From: Lepidodermella squamata | Lineage: Eukaryota; Animalia; Gastrotricha | NCBI GenBank assembly: GCA_047495785.1 | Contig: JBLDXI010000017.1 | Span: 868,001-932,000, forward strand | Reading direction: 5' to 3' | Length of the DNA: 64,000 nt | Part shown: positions 61,590 to 64,000 of the stretch, one piece after another | Numbering within the stretch: position 1 is the stretch's first letter | Layout of the letters: the number at the start of each line of letters is the position of its first letter | The notes under the pieces: generated by a model | What the model was told of the DNA's origin: nothing | Seen by the model: only the letters and a program-made list of their open reading frames with translations | Databases searched by the model: none | Program-made: the position numbers and the translations under genes

Positions 61590-62933
61590 TCAAAATTCGA
61601 ATTCAGTGAATCGCAGAAAATTCTGGAGCTGATCTGGAATAGGCAGAGATTCGACGGCTTTCTCGCGTTCCGCCAAGCCATAAGGCAACTCTCGCAGGAT
61701 AACCGACCGGCAAGAGCGCTGAAGCGAACCAGAGAACCAATTAGCAAGATCGTGAATCAACGCAACTGTTGCATCCCGTTGCCTCGCCTCTTCTTCATTT
61801 CGGGTCTCAAATAGCATCATATCTTCAACATTAACTCCCCATTTAATGACGAGACATTCGAAGAAAAGACTTTCAAATAAGCCGAGCAATTGGGGCATGA
61901 AATCCTTCACCAATCGCAGCATTGAGGTGTATCGGTAAAGTTTCGCCTCGGGGTGGTAGCTCCGCAAACCGGCTCGAATCAAAGGTAAGATTCCATTCCT
62001 CATCACAGTTCTGAAAAATGGCACACAGAATTCTTTATATGCCCATGCTTTCAACAGGTTATGAAGCGCGAAAAATGCTCCGTCGAGAACGCCAGGAATA
62101 AGAAAGTCTTCGGATATATCAATCGGAACTGCTTCGTTGAGGATTGAAAGGGCAAAATCTGGATCAACGATTGCGATATAGAGCCAATAGTCTGCAATCG
62201 ATTTACAGTCCCAATGTGGATTATCTATCGGATCGTCTTCATACCAAACGTTGTAGATTTGCGGCGGCATGATGTAGTAGACTTGGTTTTTCGAAGCTTC
62301 CAAGATTTTCTGCATCGTTTTGCGGCATTTAGCAATCTCTTCGCTATCGATACTTTCAAGGTCTCGAGACATGTCAAGAAGGTCTGAGAAATTAGCCGCG
62401 GCTTTCACAGGCGGGACCCACTCGCCCTCGTAGATCAGTGGTACATCAGCTGATGCGCCATTTTCCAGCAGTAAATCGATAAAATCGTCGTTATTGATAG
62501 TTATAGCAATTGTCAAAAGTGCTTGCTTGTAACAAATTGGCAATGCGCAGTATTTCATAGCCGCAGCAAAGTGATGTCGCAGGTTAGCATCCAAAAGAAG
62601 ACTGATGTAGATCATATTCGCCGGTTTGACAGTTTTGTTAGACAGCAAATCACTGGCATTAGCGTGAATGTATGGGATGAAGTGTTTACAAACCATACCA
62701 AAATTGACATTGCCATCGGCTGAAGCAACAAATACGCACGGGCCATCGCTTTCCATCGGCCATTGAATCAGTGACACACCTCCATAATCGGTTTCATCGG
62801 TAGTAATGATGCAGGGTGAAGGAAAATCGGCAGCGGCTAAAATCGATTTAGCGACTTCAATCAGTGAAGTGGTGAACGCTTCGTCGAAAGGGCAATCTTT
62901 CCCCTCGCAGACGTATTTCGAATCATGAAACAT
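61590..62933 (-). CDS. SOCS-box protein with a degenerate ankyrin-like repeat, paralog of 48028-49392
   Basis: Intact ORF from ATG 62933 (MFHDSKYVCEGKDCPFDEAF), collinear with the 454-aa paralog. SOCS box SGSLQRSCRSVIL...LPIPDQLQNFL. Confidence 0.8.
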   Translation of the reverse strand: MFHDSKYVCEGKDCPFDEAFTTSLIEVAKSILAAADFPSPCIITTDETDYGGVSLIQWPMESDGPCVFVASADGNVNFGMVCKHFIPYIHANASDLLSNKTVKPANMIYISLLLDANLRHHFAAAMKYCALPICYKQALLTIAITINNDDFIDLLLENGASADVPLIYEGEWVPPVKAAANFSDLLDMSRDLESIDSEEIAKCRKTMQKILEASKNQVYYIMPPQIYNVWYEDDPIDNPHWDCKSIADYWLYIAIVDPDFALSILNEAVPIDISEDFLIPGVLDGAFFALHNLLKAWAYKEFCVPFFRTVMRNGILPLIRAGLRSYHPEAKLYRYTSMLRLVKDFMPQLLGLFESLFFECLVIKWGVNVEDMMLFETRNEEEARQRDATVALIHDLANWFSGSLQRSCRSVILRELPYGLAEREKAVESLPIPDQLQNFLRFTEFEF

Positions 62934-64000
62934 CTCTATAGCCATAAGAACAGTCAAAATAAATCAAGTGGTGAACAATCAAAAATTAGAAATGAAGAAG
63001 TAAAAATAAAGTGACAGGAGAAATTAAGGAGGATGTTTCATTTGTACGATTTCGAATTTCGCTCTTTTTTGAAGATTACCTCGATCTGAAACTTCTACTA
63101 CAATAGAATTTTTAGGTCAGATCATTTGGCATTTCGGCCAAATTTCACGCTTCAATAGGACAATCTGGCTAAGCTGAAGAGACTGAAAAATGTCATGTTA
63201 AAAATTGAAAGTTTTGTCGTTTCGTCAATCATTACCGAATTTCCAAAGTCTAGCCGACAAATTCTCACATTGACTTTGACGAATTCCAGATGAATTTCTC
63301 AACTTCAAAATCATAAGAAACAATCAATCGCTTTTCCTCACTTCGACATAATTTATTTAGGTACATCGTTTTTATCAAATTTGGATCATAAATAATCAGC
63401 ATTTAGTCGCACACACGAGCATGACTTCACGGACTCATGATGAGGTATTGGTAGCGTTAATTGCAGTAGAATGAAAGAAAACCCTGCTTTCACGCTGACT
63501 ATTCGATTCCAGTTCAGCGGATTTTCCACGAATTTCCATGATTTCTCATCGCAGTGGATTTCATGAAACTTTTCGCTTCGATTTTGGTGAATTTGTTCTG
63601 AATTCCTGAACGAATACATCGGATTCGGTAGAATAATTCTTACTACAGCAGATAAATCCAAGATAGGTCCTGTGAGATTCGAGTCACAGTAACGCATCGA
63701 GTCCTCCTCTGATTTGATTCTATCTTCAGTGATCTGATCTATATATTGGAAATATATTGGAAAGGCATCAGCTGCGCTCTCTAAAAATCAACTGCTTAAA
63801 AATTGAGCTTAGATAATTCCCATCAGATTCCTTTTGGCAATTCTTTTTCGCCCTCAACTGGAAACACGCTAAATGAGGTCCGGTATCTGCGGCTCTCCGT
63901 CCTAAAATCAACAAGAAATGTCATAAAGAGAACCATTTTCGCGATGATTTTGCAACGGCGGGATCCGATTTACTTCATTTTCTTACCTATATCGGAAAAT

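Noticed and set aside
1-64000. tRNA, rRNA, snRNA or SL RNA genes
   Set aside because: None recognised by eye. A covariance-model search would be needed to exclude them.

Overview
Eukaryotic (compact invertebrate-type metazoan) genomic DNA with mostly 50-60 nt introns; not prokaryotic, and I cannot name the taxon. The left half (1-33.8 kb) holds tightly packed housekeeping genes: LCMT2/TYW4 (3' part), SNX13, FKBP8, five tandem SCCPDH paralogs, a C7orf25/UPF0415 homolog, POP7, THUMPD2, POLR2G, then ZC3H14 on the minus strand and an orphan gene. Almost every start codon is directly preceded by an unpaired splice acceptor, and stop-to-start gaps fall to 55-130 nt, which suggests SL trans-spliced operons. 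The most striking observation is that the POP7 stop codon overlaps the THUMPD2 start codon (TGATG at 24048-24052). POP7 has no internal ATG in any frame and a weak start context, which points to a bicistronic mRNA. THUMPD2 exon 1 is missed by the ORF track. The right half is accessory. It contains secreted PAN/apple-like proteins (one with a MAM domain), an ankyrin/SOCS-box gene array, an apparently exact 4,728-bp tandem duplication, and a 9.7-kb foldback/NOF-type MULE element nested inside a hairpin-ended, Crypton-like element. MITEs and MULE, Helitron and CACTA relics sit in the longer introns. Exon structures were read by eye, and family assignments come from remembered motifs, not database searches.
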